Below, piece after piece: positions 1 to 9,081 of a stretch of 64,000 nucleotides of DNA. The notes under the pieces are model-generated. The model ran no database searches, had not been told where the DNA came from, and was given only the letters and a program-made list of their open reading frames with translations. The stretch is from contig OZ242372.1 in assembly GCA_965209035.1 (NCBI GenBank), forward strand, positions 116,497-180,496. The letters run 5' to 3'. Position 1 is the stretch's first letter. Every line of letters starts with the position of its first letter. This stretch comes from Gammaproteobacteria bacterium (GTDB lineage Bacteria; Pseudomonadota; Gammaproteobacteria; CBDBNL01; JAAOII01). A program made the position numbers and the translations under genes.

Positions 1-819
1 AAAATGCCACACATTTCGCACTTCATTGATCATATCCAGGTCCAGTTCCGATATCACAAGAGCGTCATTGTCACGCGGTCCGATATCCAAAATCTTCCCG
101 CGCGGATCCACATGATAACTGCTGCCGTAAAACTCGCCGATATTCCACGGGGATTCCTTGCCAACCCGATTAATGCATCCCATAAAGTAACCGTTTGCCA
201 CGGCATGCGCCGGCTGTTCCAGTTTCCACAGATACTCGGACAGCCCCGCCACTGTGGCGGAAGGATTATAAACAATCTCGGCACCGTTTAGCCCGAGAAT
301 GCGCGCACCCTCCGGGAAATGGCGATCGTAACAAATGTAAACCCCCACACGGCCATAACGCGTTTGAAATACCGGATAGGTCGGGTCGCCGGGCTTGAAG
401 AAATACTTCTCCCAAAAACCGCTGGTATGCGGGATATGCTTTTTACGATACTTCCCCAAATACTTTCCGTCCGCATCCACAACGGCCGCCGTATTGTAGT
501 AGATGCCGTCCCGCACTTTTTCATATACGGGAATCACCATGACCATTTCGTATTTCTTGGCGTAAGGAACCAGGGCTTCCACAGTCGGCCCCGGTACAGG
601 TTCCGCCGCCGCATACCAGCGCGGATCCTGTGAAGGGCAAAAATAGGGGCCGTTAAAAATTTCTTGCAGACACAGAATCTGCACGCCCTTTTTACCGGCA
701 TCCTCTATGAAAGGAATATGATGGTCGAAAGCCGCCTGTTGAATTTCGGCAACAGGCTTGCTTTCATCGTTAAGCGGATTGCGGCATTGAATTAAGCCGC
801 TGATAACTTTCCGAGACAT
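1..819 (-). CDS. Carbon-nitrogen hydrolase (nitrilase superfamily), beta-ureidopropionase / N-carbamoyl-amino-acid amidohydrolase-like; C-terminus lies outside the window
   Basis: Absent from the ORF track because it is open at the window edge. My translation of the minus strand from the ATG at 819-817 gives MSRKVISGLIQCRNPLNDESKPVAEIQQAAFDHHIPFIEDAGKKGVQILCLQEIFNGPYF...VGVYICYDRHFPEGARI...NPSATVAGLSEYLWKLEQPAHAVANGYF, with no stop down to position 1. It has the nitrilase-type Cys motif (CYD..FPE). It sits next to an NCS1 permease. Confidence 0.8.
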   Translation of the reverse strand, partial: MSRKVISGLIQCRNPLNDESKPVAEIQQAAFDHHIPFIEDAGKKGVQILCLQEIFNGPYFCPSQDPRWYAAAEPVPGPTVEALVPYAKKYEMVMVIPVYEKVRDGIYYNTAAVVDADGKYLGKYRKKHIPHTSGFWEKYFFKPGDPTYPVFQTRYGRVGVYICYDRHFPEGARILGLNGAEIVYNPSATVAGLSEYLWKLEQPAHAVANGYFMGCINRVGKESPWNIGEFYGSSYHVDPRGKILDIGPRDNDALVISELDLDMINEVRNVWHF

Positions 820-840
820 GCTATTCTCTTTGTCGACCAG

Positions 841-2310
841 TTAAGCGGTCGCTTCCTTGGGTCCGACCATCGGAGAAAGCATCACATACAGAACCAATCC
901 GATAAAAGCACCCGAAAACCAGCCGTACTGATACAACCAGAATATGGGACTCTCGCTGCCGGCATTGAAAGCAATCAGCGCCAAAGCCGCCGGCAACAGG
1001 AAAGAAATGATTCCCGCCCAGTTGTACTTGCCATAAGAACTGTCATCCTTGTAGAGTTCCGGGACATTTAATTTTTGTCTGCGGATAAGATAAAAGTCGG
1101 CAATCATCACGCCCGCAATCGGTCCGAGCAAACTGGAATAGGACAACAACCAATTGGAATAAAGCGACTCAAGACTCACCTCGGAAGTAACAAAACCGCT
1201 GCGCCGCAGAACTTCCCAGATCACCAACAAGGTGGCGACCAAGGCGGTCAGCAGCACGCCGCGCGACATGTTGATCACGCGTGGCATGATGTTTTGAAAG
1301 TCATTCGTAGGGGCAACCATATTTGCGGCGGCATTCGTGGAAATTGTCGCCAGAATAATGATCACCATGGCAATAACAACCCAAAAACCGCTGTCTATTT
1401 TGCCGATCAGGGTAACGGGATCCGATATGGTTTCGCCAAACAGGCTCAACGAAGCGGCTGTCATCACAACCCCAAGTGCGGAAAACAAAAACATCGTCAC
1501 CGGCAAGCCGATAATTTGTCCGGTGATTTGATCTTTCTGTGAAACGACATAACGCGAGAAATCCGGAATGTTTAACGCAAGAGTAGCCCAAAAGCCCACC
1601 ATAGCGGTTAAGCCGCCCAGAAAATAAGGAATGAAACTTGCATTCGGATCGCGATTTGCCGGCTGTGAAAACACCGCCGCCATATCCGCATTGATCCAAC
1701 CCCAGATCAACAACACGACTCCCACTACCAAAAGAAGAGGCGCCGCAATGGTTTCCAACATCTTAATGGACTCAAAGCCGCGAATTACCACATACACATT
1801 GAGAGCCATAAAGAGAAAGAACCCGATGAAAAAGCCAACTCCGCCAAGAGCCGACCAGCCGGGGATCAAGTTGTCAAAAAGGATGTCCACGGCAAGTCCG
1901 CCAAACAGACATTGGATACCGAACCAACCACACGCAATCAGACCGCGCAAAACTGCCGGAATATTGGAGCCGATCACGCCAAAAGATGAGCGCAACAGGA
2001 CGGGAAACGGTATGCCGTATTTTGTCCCGGGAACCGCGTTCAAAAGAAGCGGCACCAGAATAATAATGTTTGCCAGCAGAATCGTAACCAACGCTTCAGT
2101 TACCGACAAGCCAAAATAAGCGACCAAAACGCCGCCGAGAGTATAAGTGGGGACACAAATGGACATGCCAACCCAAAGGGCGGAAACATGCCATTTGTTC
2201 CAGGTTCTTTCGGCGCGCTTGGAGGGCGCGAGATTATTGTTGAACGCCTTTTGATCGGAGATCTTTTGCAGATCGCCAACCGACAGTTCGTAGATTTCAG
2301 AATTAGACAT
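841..2310 (-). CDS. NCS1-family nucleobase/hydantoin/allantoin:cation symporter
   Basis: 489-aa polytopic membrane protein. The N-terminal ...LAPSKRAERTWNKWHVSALWVGMSICVPTYTLGG... is typical of NCS1 permeases. It is adjacent to a carbamoyl-amidohydrolase-like gene. Confidence 0.8.
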   Translation of the reverse strand: MSNSEIYELSVGDLQKISDQKAFNNNLAPSKRAERTWNKWHVSALWVGMSICVPTYTLGGVLVAYFGLSVTEALVTILLANIIILVPLLLNAVPGTKYGIPFPVLLRSSFGVIGSNIPAVLRGLIACGWFGIQCLFGGLAVDILFDNLIPGWSALGGVGFFIGFFLFMALNVYVVIRGFESIKMLETIAAPLLLVVGVVLLIWGWINADMAAVFSQPANRDPNASFIPYFLGGLTAMVGFWATLALNIPDFSRYVVSQKDQITGQIIGLPVTMFLFSALGVVMTAASLSLFGETISDPVTLIGKIDSGFWVVIAMVIIILATISTNAAANMVAPTNDFQNIMPRVINMSRGVLLTALVATLLVIWEVLRRSGFVTSEVSLESLYSNWLLSYSSLLGPIAGVMIADFYLIRRQKLNVPELYKDDSSYGKYNWAGIISFLLPAALALIAFNAGSESPIFWLYQYGWFSGAFIGLVLYVMLSPMVGPKEATA

Positions 2311-2551
2311 AATTAATATTTAGTTTGTTTTAATTAAGTTATAAATTTTATATTTCTCATTATAAAGAGAAAATATCTTTAATGACATTTTGCAACTCTT
2401 TAAGAGAATAATTTAAAAAACACAGATCCGCGGAATTTTTCCAATAAATGTATGTATATCTATGTCCGCCAAAGTGCTTGAACTGTTTGGCGTGTGATTG
2501 CCTGTCTGTCGTTTTCTTTTATCGCGCGACAGAACGCGCAAATCGGGAAAA

Positions 2552-3511
2552 TTAGGAAAAACGGGAAAAACGAACCGAAAAATCCGTCGCAATCACATCC
2601 TTGGTCAGCCGCCCCAAAGAGATCCTGTCGGGTTGCAGTTGCATTACATCCGTTAGTTCGCTCTCGTTCTTGATACCGGAAACCTCCAAACACACATTGC
2701 GGTTAGTCAGATTTCTTAATGCTATGGCATCTTGCAGATCCTTGGCGGAAAAGTTATCCAAAAGGATCACATCCCGGCCGTCTCCTCCCTCCGCAGGATA
2801 GGTCCCCAAGTAGCGGAGACCGGCCCGCACTTCCGCCAAGTTCTCCGTTTCCAAAATCAGTTCCCGCCCCGGGGACGCAAGACGGGCGCGGCGAATTAAG
2901 GATTCCACATCGCTTTGCACTGATTGCGCTGCCAGAATATGATTTTCTTTAATGAGAATCGCATCATACAGCCCCATCCGGTGATTGTCGCAGCCGCCGA
3001 TGCGCACCGCGTACTTTTGCGCGTCTCTCAGTCCCGGCACGGTCTTGCGCGTATCTAAAATCTTGCCCCGATAACCACAAGATTTTGCCAGGTTGGCGTA
3101 ATAGGCGGCGCGCGTCGCCGTGCCGGAAAGAGTCTGCAATAAATTCAAAGCGGTCCGTTCTCCCGCCAAAAGAAGTTTTGCCCGACCGGATAGCCGGCAG
3201 ACATCGCCCGGGGTGAGATGCTCGCCTTCTTTTTTCAACCAGTGCATCATGATCCGGTTGCCCTGCTTCTTTAAAGGACCCGGATACTCGGCAAGTTGCC
3301 GAAAACATTCCGCAAACCAAGAACAACCGCACAAAACCGCCTTTTCATTGAGACGCACCCTCGCTTCAACGATGCTGTCTTCCCCGAGCAACGATGCGGT
3401 GATGTCGGCTTTCAAACTCTTCCGGTTAAGGTCTTCCGCCAAAGCGGTTGCAACGAGCGAACGCATTGCGGTCGCTGACGGGGGTCGGTTATTTTTGTTA
3501 TGCAAGTTCAT
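2552..3511 (-). CDS. nadC: Nicotinate-nucleotide pyrophosphorylase (carboxylating) / quinolinate phosphoribosyltransferase
   Basis: 319 aa with motifs ILDTRKTVPGLR, KYAVRIGGCDNHRMGLYDAILIKENH and ILLDNF. Confidence 0.9.
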   Translation of the reverse strand: MNLHNKNNRPPSATAMRSLVATALAEDLNRKSLKADITASLLGEDSIVEARVRLNEKAVLCGCSWFAECFRQLAEYPGPLKKQGNRIMMHWLKKEGEHLTPGDVCRLSGRAKLLLAGERTALNLLQTLSGTATRAAYYANLAKSCGYRGKILDTRKTVPGLRDAQKYAVRIGGCDNHRMGLYDAILIKENHILAAQSVQSDVESLIRRARLASPGRELILETENLAEVRAGLRYLGTYPAEGGDGRDVILLDNFSAKDLQDAIALRNLTNRNVCLEVSGIKNESELTDVMQLQPDRISLGRLTKDVIATDFSVRFSRFS

Positions 3512-3642
3512 ACCAAGATTTTAAGCAAAGCCGTTTCTCTTACCGCATTTTCCGGTATGATTGTCGCCGAACCGACAATGCTTTGGTGATTTTTGGTGAT
3601 TAATGTGCCAACACAAAAAGCAAAACATACTAAAATAATTCT

Positions 3643-5043
3643 ATGACGATTATGAACAAAAGCATTCCCCGGGAGATCTTTCGCGCATACGACATCCGAG
3701 GCATTCTCGGCAGCCAGTTAACCCCGGCGTTGTTTGAAAAGATTGGTATGGGCTTCGGCACGATGATGCGCGATGAAAAACAAGACGCCCTGGCAGTCGG
3801 TTATGACGGCAGATTATCAAGCCCCGACCTGGCGGCGGGCCTCATCAAAGGCCTAAGACACACAGGGCGGAAGGTCATCCGTGTTGGTATGGTGCCTACC
3901 CCTTGTTTGTATCATGCGGTGCATAAACTGAAATTGGGCGGCGGCATTATGATCACAGGCAGCCATAACCCGCCCGAATACAACGGTTGCAAAATGATGA
4001 TGAGCGGCCGAACCCTTGCCATGGACGACATCCAAAGACTATACGGATACTGTGCGGATGCCGGTCTTCCAAATAGTAACAGCAGCGGCACCCAGGAAGA
4101 ACCGGACTTCCCGCCGCAATACGCGCGGGATCTAATAGACCACCGGCCATTAAGTCGCTCTTGCAGGCTGGTGGTGGACAGTGGCAACGGGGTCACCGGG
4201 GCATTTGCGCCGGCAATTTATCGCGCCCTCGGCGCGGAAGTGGACGAACTGTATTGCGAAGTGGACGGCAATTTTCCAAACCATCATCCGGATCCGGGCA
4301 AACCGGAAAATCTGCGTGATCTCCAAAAGGAGGTCGCGCGCAAAAAAGCCGACCTTGGTTTTGCGTTTGACGGCGACGGAGATCGACTCGGTCTGGTAAC
4401 CGGCGCCGGCACCATTATTTACCCGGATCGGATGATGATGCTCTTTGCCCGGGATCTGCTGCAACGCAAGCCGGGCGCCAAAATCGTGTTTGATGTGAAA
4501 TGCACCTCGCGGCTGCCCGAGTTCATCAAAGCGCACGGCGGCGAGCCGATTATGTGGAAAACAGGCCATTCGCTAATTAAACGCAAAATGAAAGAAACCG
4601 GCGCCCTCTTGGGCGGTGAAATGAGCGGGCATCTGTTTTTTGCCGAAGATTGGACGGGAGCGGACGATGCCCTGCTGGCGGGTGTTCGTCTGCTGCGCAT
4701 AATAGAAAAATCCGGTAAGAATATTGAAGACCTCTGCGCCGAACTGCCGGACAGCATCAGCACCCCGGAAATTAACTTGACCGTGGGCGAAAAAGAAAAG
4801 TCCGATATTATGGACAAACTCATAACGCAAGGAACCTTTGAAACCGACAAGATCATTACGATAGACGGACTGCGCGCCGAATACGCCGACGGTTGGGGGC
4901 TTGTGCGGGCTTCCAACACCAGTCCCATCTTGGTGCTGCGCTTTGAAGCCGAAACCCGCAATGCGCTGCAACGGATTGCGGCAATCTTTCGGCGGGAGCT
5001 CAAAAAATGTTCCGTGCGGACAGAGACGGATTTTGGGGCATAG
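3643..5043 (+). CDS. Phosphomannomutase/phosphoglucomutase (alpha-D-phosphohexomutase family)
   Basis: 466 aa with the active-site loop TGSHNPPEYNG, metal loop FDGDGDRLG and sugar loop GGEMSGH. Confidence 0.9.
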   Translation: MTIMNKSIPREIFRAYDIRGILGSQLTPALFEKIGMGFGTMMRDEKQDALAVGYDGRLSSPDLAAGLIKGLRHTGRKVIRVGMVPTPCLYHAVHKLKLGGGIMITGSHNPPEYNGCKMMMSGRTLAMDDIQRLYGYCADAGLPNSNSSGTQEEPDFPPQYARDLIDHRPLSRSCRLVVDSGNGVTGAFAPAIYRALGAEVDELYCEVDGNFPNHHPDPGKPENLRDLQKEVARKKADLGFAFDGDGDRLGLVTGAGTIIYPDRMMMLFARDLLQRKPGAKIVFDVKCTSRLPEFIKAHGGEPIMWKTGHSLIKRKMKETGALLGGEMSGHLFFAEDWTGADDALLAGVRLLRIIEKSGKNIEDLCAELPDSISTPEINLTVGEKEKSDIMDKLITQGTFETDKIITIDGLRAEYADGWGLVRASNTSPILVLRFEAETRNALQRIAAIFRRELKKCSVRTETDFGA

Positions 5044-5049
5044 GATAGA

Positions 5050-6024
5050 TTGCGGATTGCGGGCTCCCCGATAGTTTTTTTACGGACTGCGTCCTCTAAT
5101 CTGTTGCCGGAACACAAAAATCCCGTCCCGCCTTCACTGTCACAGGATCTGAAGAAGTTTTTTCCTTATGTGACATCGGACGGAGCCACAAAATTGGGAG
5201 GCAAGCATCCGGTGATTAAGTTCGGCGGCAGTTTGCTGGCGGAGAGCAACATTCGCCAAAACATCATTCACCAACTGGTCGTTCTGCAACAACTGGGCGT
5301 GCGGGTCACTCTGGTGCATGGCGGCGGCGCGGCTATCGGCGATGCCCTAAAACAACGGGGTATTGAGACGCATTTTGTGCGCGGACTGCGCGTAACACCC
5401 AAAGATGCCCTGAGCGTGATGACGGAAACGCTGGACAAACTCAACGCCGAGTTGGTTGCTCTCACCAATGCAGCCGGCGGGCATGCGGTGGGATGCCGGG
5501 CAATACTTTCGCCGCTCAGAGCCGTCCCATTGGATCCGGCAATCTGGGGGCATGTTGGCAAGGTGACCCGTGTCCGCACGGACAAACTGAAAGAATTTCC
5601 CGCAAACCGCATTCTGTTTCTGTCGTGCCTTGCAAAAGAGATCCGAGATGACGGGGATGACATTCAAGATGACATTAAAGGTGACATTAAACAAGAAGAA
5701 TCTCTCTGTAATGTCAATGCGGATGCGGCGGCAGCGGCGGTCGCCGTCGCGGTTGCTTCGGGCTCTTTGATTTACCTGACGGATCAAACCGGCATATTGG
5801 ATCGCTCGGGGAATCTTTTGAGCGAGTTATCCGCAGGCCGGATCCGAGAGTTGCGAGAAAGCGGCGTCATCACAACCGGAATGCTGCCCAAAAGCGATGC
5901 AATGCTGGCTGCCCTGAACGGCGGTGTGCATCATGTGCGTGTTGTCGGCGGCAGGTTACAAAATTGTATCCTTAATAGTCTCTGCACAGACGCCACCATC
6001 GGGACACGGCTAATTGCCGATTGA
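5050..6024 (+). CDS. argB: Acetylglutamate kinase
   Basis: VIKFGGSLL...VTLVHGGG...VRGLRVT...NVNADAAAAAVA motifs. The 5050 start is a TTG and the true start is uncertain. There is a charged low-complexity insert at 5641-5700. Confidence 0.85.
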   Translation: MRIAGSPIVFLRTASSNLLPEHKNPVPPSLSQDLKKFFPYVTSDGATKLGGKHPVIKFGGSLLAESNIRQNIIHQLVVLQQLGVRVTLVHGGGAAIGDALKQRGIETHFVRGLRVTPKDALSVMTETLDKLNAELVALTNAAGGHAVGCRAILSPLRAVPLDPAIWGHVGKVTRVRTDKLKEFPANRILFLSCLAKEIRDDGDDIQDDIKGDIKQEESLCNVNADAAAAAVAVAVASGSLIYLTDQTGILDRSGNLLSELSAGRIRELRESGVITTGMLPKSDAMLAALNGGVHHVRVVGGRLQNCILNSLCTDATIGTRLIAD

Positions 6025-6204
6025 TCTGTGCGCCGGATCTATGGAACTATGCGATGGATCTATTGATCCATTAACGCCGGGTGTTATGTTGTGGTGTGGT
6101 GTTTGTAAGGTTCTAGGTCTTAGCCCGGTTTAATCCAACTTCTTGGACGAAACGGAGCCTATTCGTCCGTTCGTCTGCCTGCCCGCCTGTGCCCCGCCCG
6201 CCGG

Positions 6205-6912
6205 CTATTTTGGCAAGGCCTCTCCCGCCGGGGAAAAACGGCTCAGATAATCTTGCACCAACGCCGGCGGTTCCTCCCCGACCGGCACAAAGAGCAAAGA
6301 TGCCGAGTTAATACAATATCTCAAACCGGTCGGCGGCGGTCCGTCTTCAAAGACATGGCCAAGGTGCGAGCCGCTGGAACTGTCCGTTATCTCTATGCGG
6401 GTGAGCAGCAGTTTTTTATCCAAAAAATAATCCACGGCTTCTTCGTCAATCGGTTGCCAAAAACTGGGCCAGCCGGTCCGCGAATCATACTTATGTTCGG
6501 AACTAAAAAGAGGTTGGCCGGTGGCACGGGAATAGTAAACGCCCTTCCGCTTCTCTTTGTTGAGGGCACCCGTGAAGGCGTACTCGGTTCCTTCCTCGCG
6601 CAAAATCTTATATTCAAAAGCCGAAAGACGCGCGCGCCATTCCCGAGTGCTCAGACGAATCGGGTACACCTTGTTGGGATCCGCCGCTCGGATGCGAACA
6701 CTGCCGGCGTCATCCGCGGGCGCGGGTTCGGTGTCATCGCTTTGGCGGGCGGAAGCATCGGACAACTCCGTTGCAGGCTCGGCCGCATACGGCGTCCCTT
6801 GTCCCGAGTCGGCCGACAGGGTCCGCAACATAACGATTGACCCGACAAAAAAGAACAATAGCACAACCGATAAGATGCCGATTCTTCCGGGACTTGCAAG
6901 TTTTGTTTTCAT
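6205..6912 (-). CDS. msrB: Peptide-methionine (R)-S-oxide reductase MsrB with an N-terminal signal/TM segment
   Basis: SelR domain: GWPSFWQPI...GSHLGHVFEDGP...RYCINSASL. The N-terminus has a hydrophobic segment, IGILSVVLLFFFVGSIVML. Confidence 0.85.
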   Translation of the reverse strand: MKTKLASPGRIGILSVVLLFFFVGSIVMLRTLSADSGQGTPYAAEPATELSDASARQSDDTEPAPADDAGSVRIRAADPNKVYPIRLSTREWRARLSAFEYKILREEGTEYAFTGALNKEKRKGVYYSRATGQPLFSSEHKYDSRTGWPSFWQPIDEEAVDYFLDKKLLLTRIEITDSSSGSHLGHVFEDGPPPTGLRYCINSASLLFVPVGEEPPALVQDYLSRFSPAGEALPK

Positions 6913-7214
6913 ATTAAAAATGAGTGAGTGAATAAATGAATAAACGCATAAATGATGATATTAAGGGAATTATATACTTTGTTGACCCATAAAAAAGTAA
7001 GTGTCATTATTATTACATTAAATGAGAGTTGAGAAGTAAAATATGAGCATAAATACTGGTAAATACAAGGAAAAAGAGGGTTATTTTCTGTTCGCGACCT
7101 TCAGAATGGAAGTTTTGGCAGATCCCCAGGCTGTTTGCAATGGATCTTGAGGCAAATGGCAAATTTTTTGAAGTGCATAGGTTGTCAAGTGTATCATTCC
7201 CGATATTAATTAAA

Positions 7215-7318
7215 TGTATAGTCCCACCCATTTTCGGACTTTTGGTGTTTTTGCAAGAACCGGAAAGACGAGAGTTATTGTGGGAAAAACAAACTAAAAC
7301 CTGCGACCCAATCCATTC
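7215..7318 (-). mobile_element. Diverged solo copy of the IS481-like terminal module (transposase 3'-end fragment)
   Basis: TGTATAGTCCCACCCATTTTCGGACTTTTGGTGTTTTTGCAAGAACCGG... aligns with the reverse complement of the end of the full element (26320-26451). The track ORF 7013-7375(-) merely reads through it (..EWIGSQV..SCKNTKSPKMGGTIH vs EWLAWYN..FLQKQKKSRNGWDHT). Confidence 0.6.
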
Positions 7319-7371
7319 GGAAGAAAAGAGGGCACTGAAAATAGCCGGAATACCTATTCTGTTGAGATGTT

Positions 7372-8328
7372 TCACTCCCGGGCGGGTTTGTTTTTTGACG
7401 GATCGTATTTGTCTATTTCTTTAATAATCCAATTGTTTTCTTTAAAAAATTTGTTGCGGGAATACAGACGCGCCAAAAAACGCAGTGTTGATAACGAACC
7501 CACTTCTTCTATCATTGATGAATGGTCGTCTGTCGCGACAATATTTTCTTCAACAAAAGAAAAAATTTCTTGTTGAATCTTATAAAGATCCCCCGTATGT
7601 TTTTTGAATAAGTTCAGTGCATGTAATTTCTTACCCCATTCTTTCCAATGGTCGTCAACATATTTTTTAATGCCACTTTCTTCCAGCATTTCCCAGCCAA
7701 GTTCGGTCATATCAAGAGGAGAAAACTCTGTGGCAGCCAGTACTTTTATGGCATCACCCTTCTTGCCCAAAAGCATCAACTGCAAAGTTTTGCAAACAGA
7801 CCTGAAACCTTTTTTTGTTACTTCCTCAAACTCTTTTTGTTCTGTTCTGACTCTCGCAATATCCTCTTTGAGTTCCGTTCTGACTCTCGCAATATCCTCT
7901 TTTTGTCCTATTCTGACTTCAGTAATTTCTTCTTTGACTTCCTCTATATTAACTTCTATTTTGTGATTTGTTTTTCCCACTGCCTGGTATAACGAAACTA
8001 TGGCATATTCGCCGATCAGACCAAGAATGAACACAAAAAAAGCCAACAGAAAAAGAATAAACCAACTGCCCTCCGGTATCAATTTGTATGTAAGGGCGGA
8101 ATCGTAAAGGGTAAGAGAAGAGAATACTGTAAATACAATCAATCCGATTGCACACAAGATGTATGTCATAACGCTTATTTTTGCTTCCGACTGACCAATG
8201 TTATATTGCTTGGCCGGTTTTTCCTCGACTGTGTTGTAGTCTATATCCTCTTTTGTCATTTTTCTTAAATTCATAAAATAACCTATAAAATTATAACATC
8301 TTTTGCTGTATTTTTTACGCATCAGCAA
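7372..8328 (-). CDS. Hypothetical membrane protein (2-TM hairpin, heptad/coiled-coil repeats, conserved C-terminal domain); diverged fifth member of the family arrayed at 41419-45427
   Basis: Full-length similarity to the array proteins: GLIVFTVFSSLTLYDSALTY..WFILFLL..LGLIGEYAIVSLY vs GLIVFSVLSTMTVYDTAITY..WFVILLI..IGFIGEYAFISIY, and C-terminal SPLDMTELGWEMLEESGIKKYVDDHWKEW...FFKENNWIIKEIDKYDP vs SPLNMTDIGEAILESSGLMEYVDEHREEW...FFKENHWDINDIDKYEP. Internal repeat KEDIARVRTE x2. The start codon is uncertain. Confidence 0.7.
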   Translation of the reverse strand: MLMRKKYSKRCYNFIGYFMNLRKMTKEDIDYNTVEEKPAKQYNIGQSEAKISVMTYILCAIGLIVFTVFSSLTLYDSALTYKLIPEGSWFILFLLAFFVFILGLIGEYAIVSLYQAVGKTNHKIEVNIEEVKEEITEVRIGQKEDIARVRTELKEDIARVRTEQKEFEEVTKKGFRSVCKTLQLMLLGKKGDAIKVLAATEFSPLDMTELGWEMLEESGIKKYVDDHWKEWGKKLHALNLFKKHTGDLYKIQQEIFSFVEENIVATDDHSSMIEEVGSLSTLRFLARLYSRNKFFKENNWIIKEIDKYDPSKNKPARE

Positions 8329-8472
8329 GAAAGTTATTTGATGTCATTGAAATTAGGTTTCAAATTCCAATGTGATTATCTGCGGTGAGAAAGCATTCTT
8401 AACTATTTTCTTAAAACAATTCCATATTTTTGGTCCGCTATGTTGGTGTTGGTTGCGATACCGGCTTGTCGG

Positions 8473-9081
8473 TCAAAATTCAAACGAAACTTGAAACAAG
8501 GTTCCCAGGTATCGCATACGAAAACTATGAATATAACCGGCCTTGGCGCCCAGCATCCACACAACAGACCCGGTTTCCCACAGATAACCGGCGCCAAGTG
8601 CCGCTCTGTAATCTGTTGTTGACCTTGCCGGTAAGGAGCCGACAAACTCGTTGGCGGAGCTCACCTGCCGGCGAGCATTCAACTCCAGCCGCACAATACC
8701 CACTTCGGTGATGACGAGCGGCTTGAAATATCGCGCCCAACGGAGACGCCGGGCAAATCGGTACACACTGCCGATTTCTTCGGCACTCCCCACTTCGTCT
8801 TTAATGTGATAATCGTATTCGGCAAAGGTAAGATCCAGCCAATGGAAATTATCGCGCCCTTGACGGAACAAGGAGGAGTAACCGTAACCCAAAGAAGAAA
8901 ACCCTTTTGCTTCTTTCTGTTCCAGAATAACGGAAACTCCGTATGCCAGAACCCGGTTGGGCAAAAATAAGAATAAGAACAAGCAAAAAAGACAACCGGC
9001 AAACAGGCGATGTCGCGACAGAGCAAGGCGGATAGCAGCCTGCGGATTGTCTTTTTCGGTTCCCGTCTGCGGCAGGCTCAT
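8473..9081 (-). CDS. Small outer-membrane beta-barrel-like protein, translationally coupled to the virB10-like gene
   Basis: Hydrophobic signal-like segment (FAGCLFCLFLFLFLPNRVLA). The sequence shows alternating amphipathic strands and an aromatic C-terminus (..LFQVSFEF). Its ATG overlaps the upstream stop in an ATGA (9079-9083). Confidence 0.5.
   Translation of the reverse strand: MSLPQTGTEKDNPQAAIRLALSRHRLFAGCLFCLFLFLFLPNRVLAYGVSVILEQKEAKGFSSLGYGYSSLFRQGRDNFHWLDLTFAEYDYHIKDEVGSAEEIGSVYRFARRLRWARYFKPLVITEVGIVRLELNARRQVSSANEFVGSLPARSTTDYRAALGAGYLWETGSVVWMLGAKAGYIHSFRMRYLGTLFQVSFEF

Noticed and set aside
4419-5117. 232-aa minus-strand ORF, and a similar long antisense ORF at 4150-4569
   Set aside because: They are antisense to the phosphohexomutase gene. 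The Ser/Arg-rich composition is typical of antisense frames.
7013-7375. 120-aa minus-strand ORF
   Set aside because: It reads through the decayed IS481-like end module (..EWIGSQV...KSPKMGGTIH) into AT-rich spacer. It is a remnant, not a gene.
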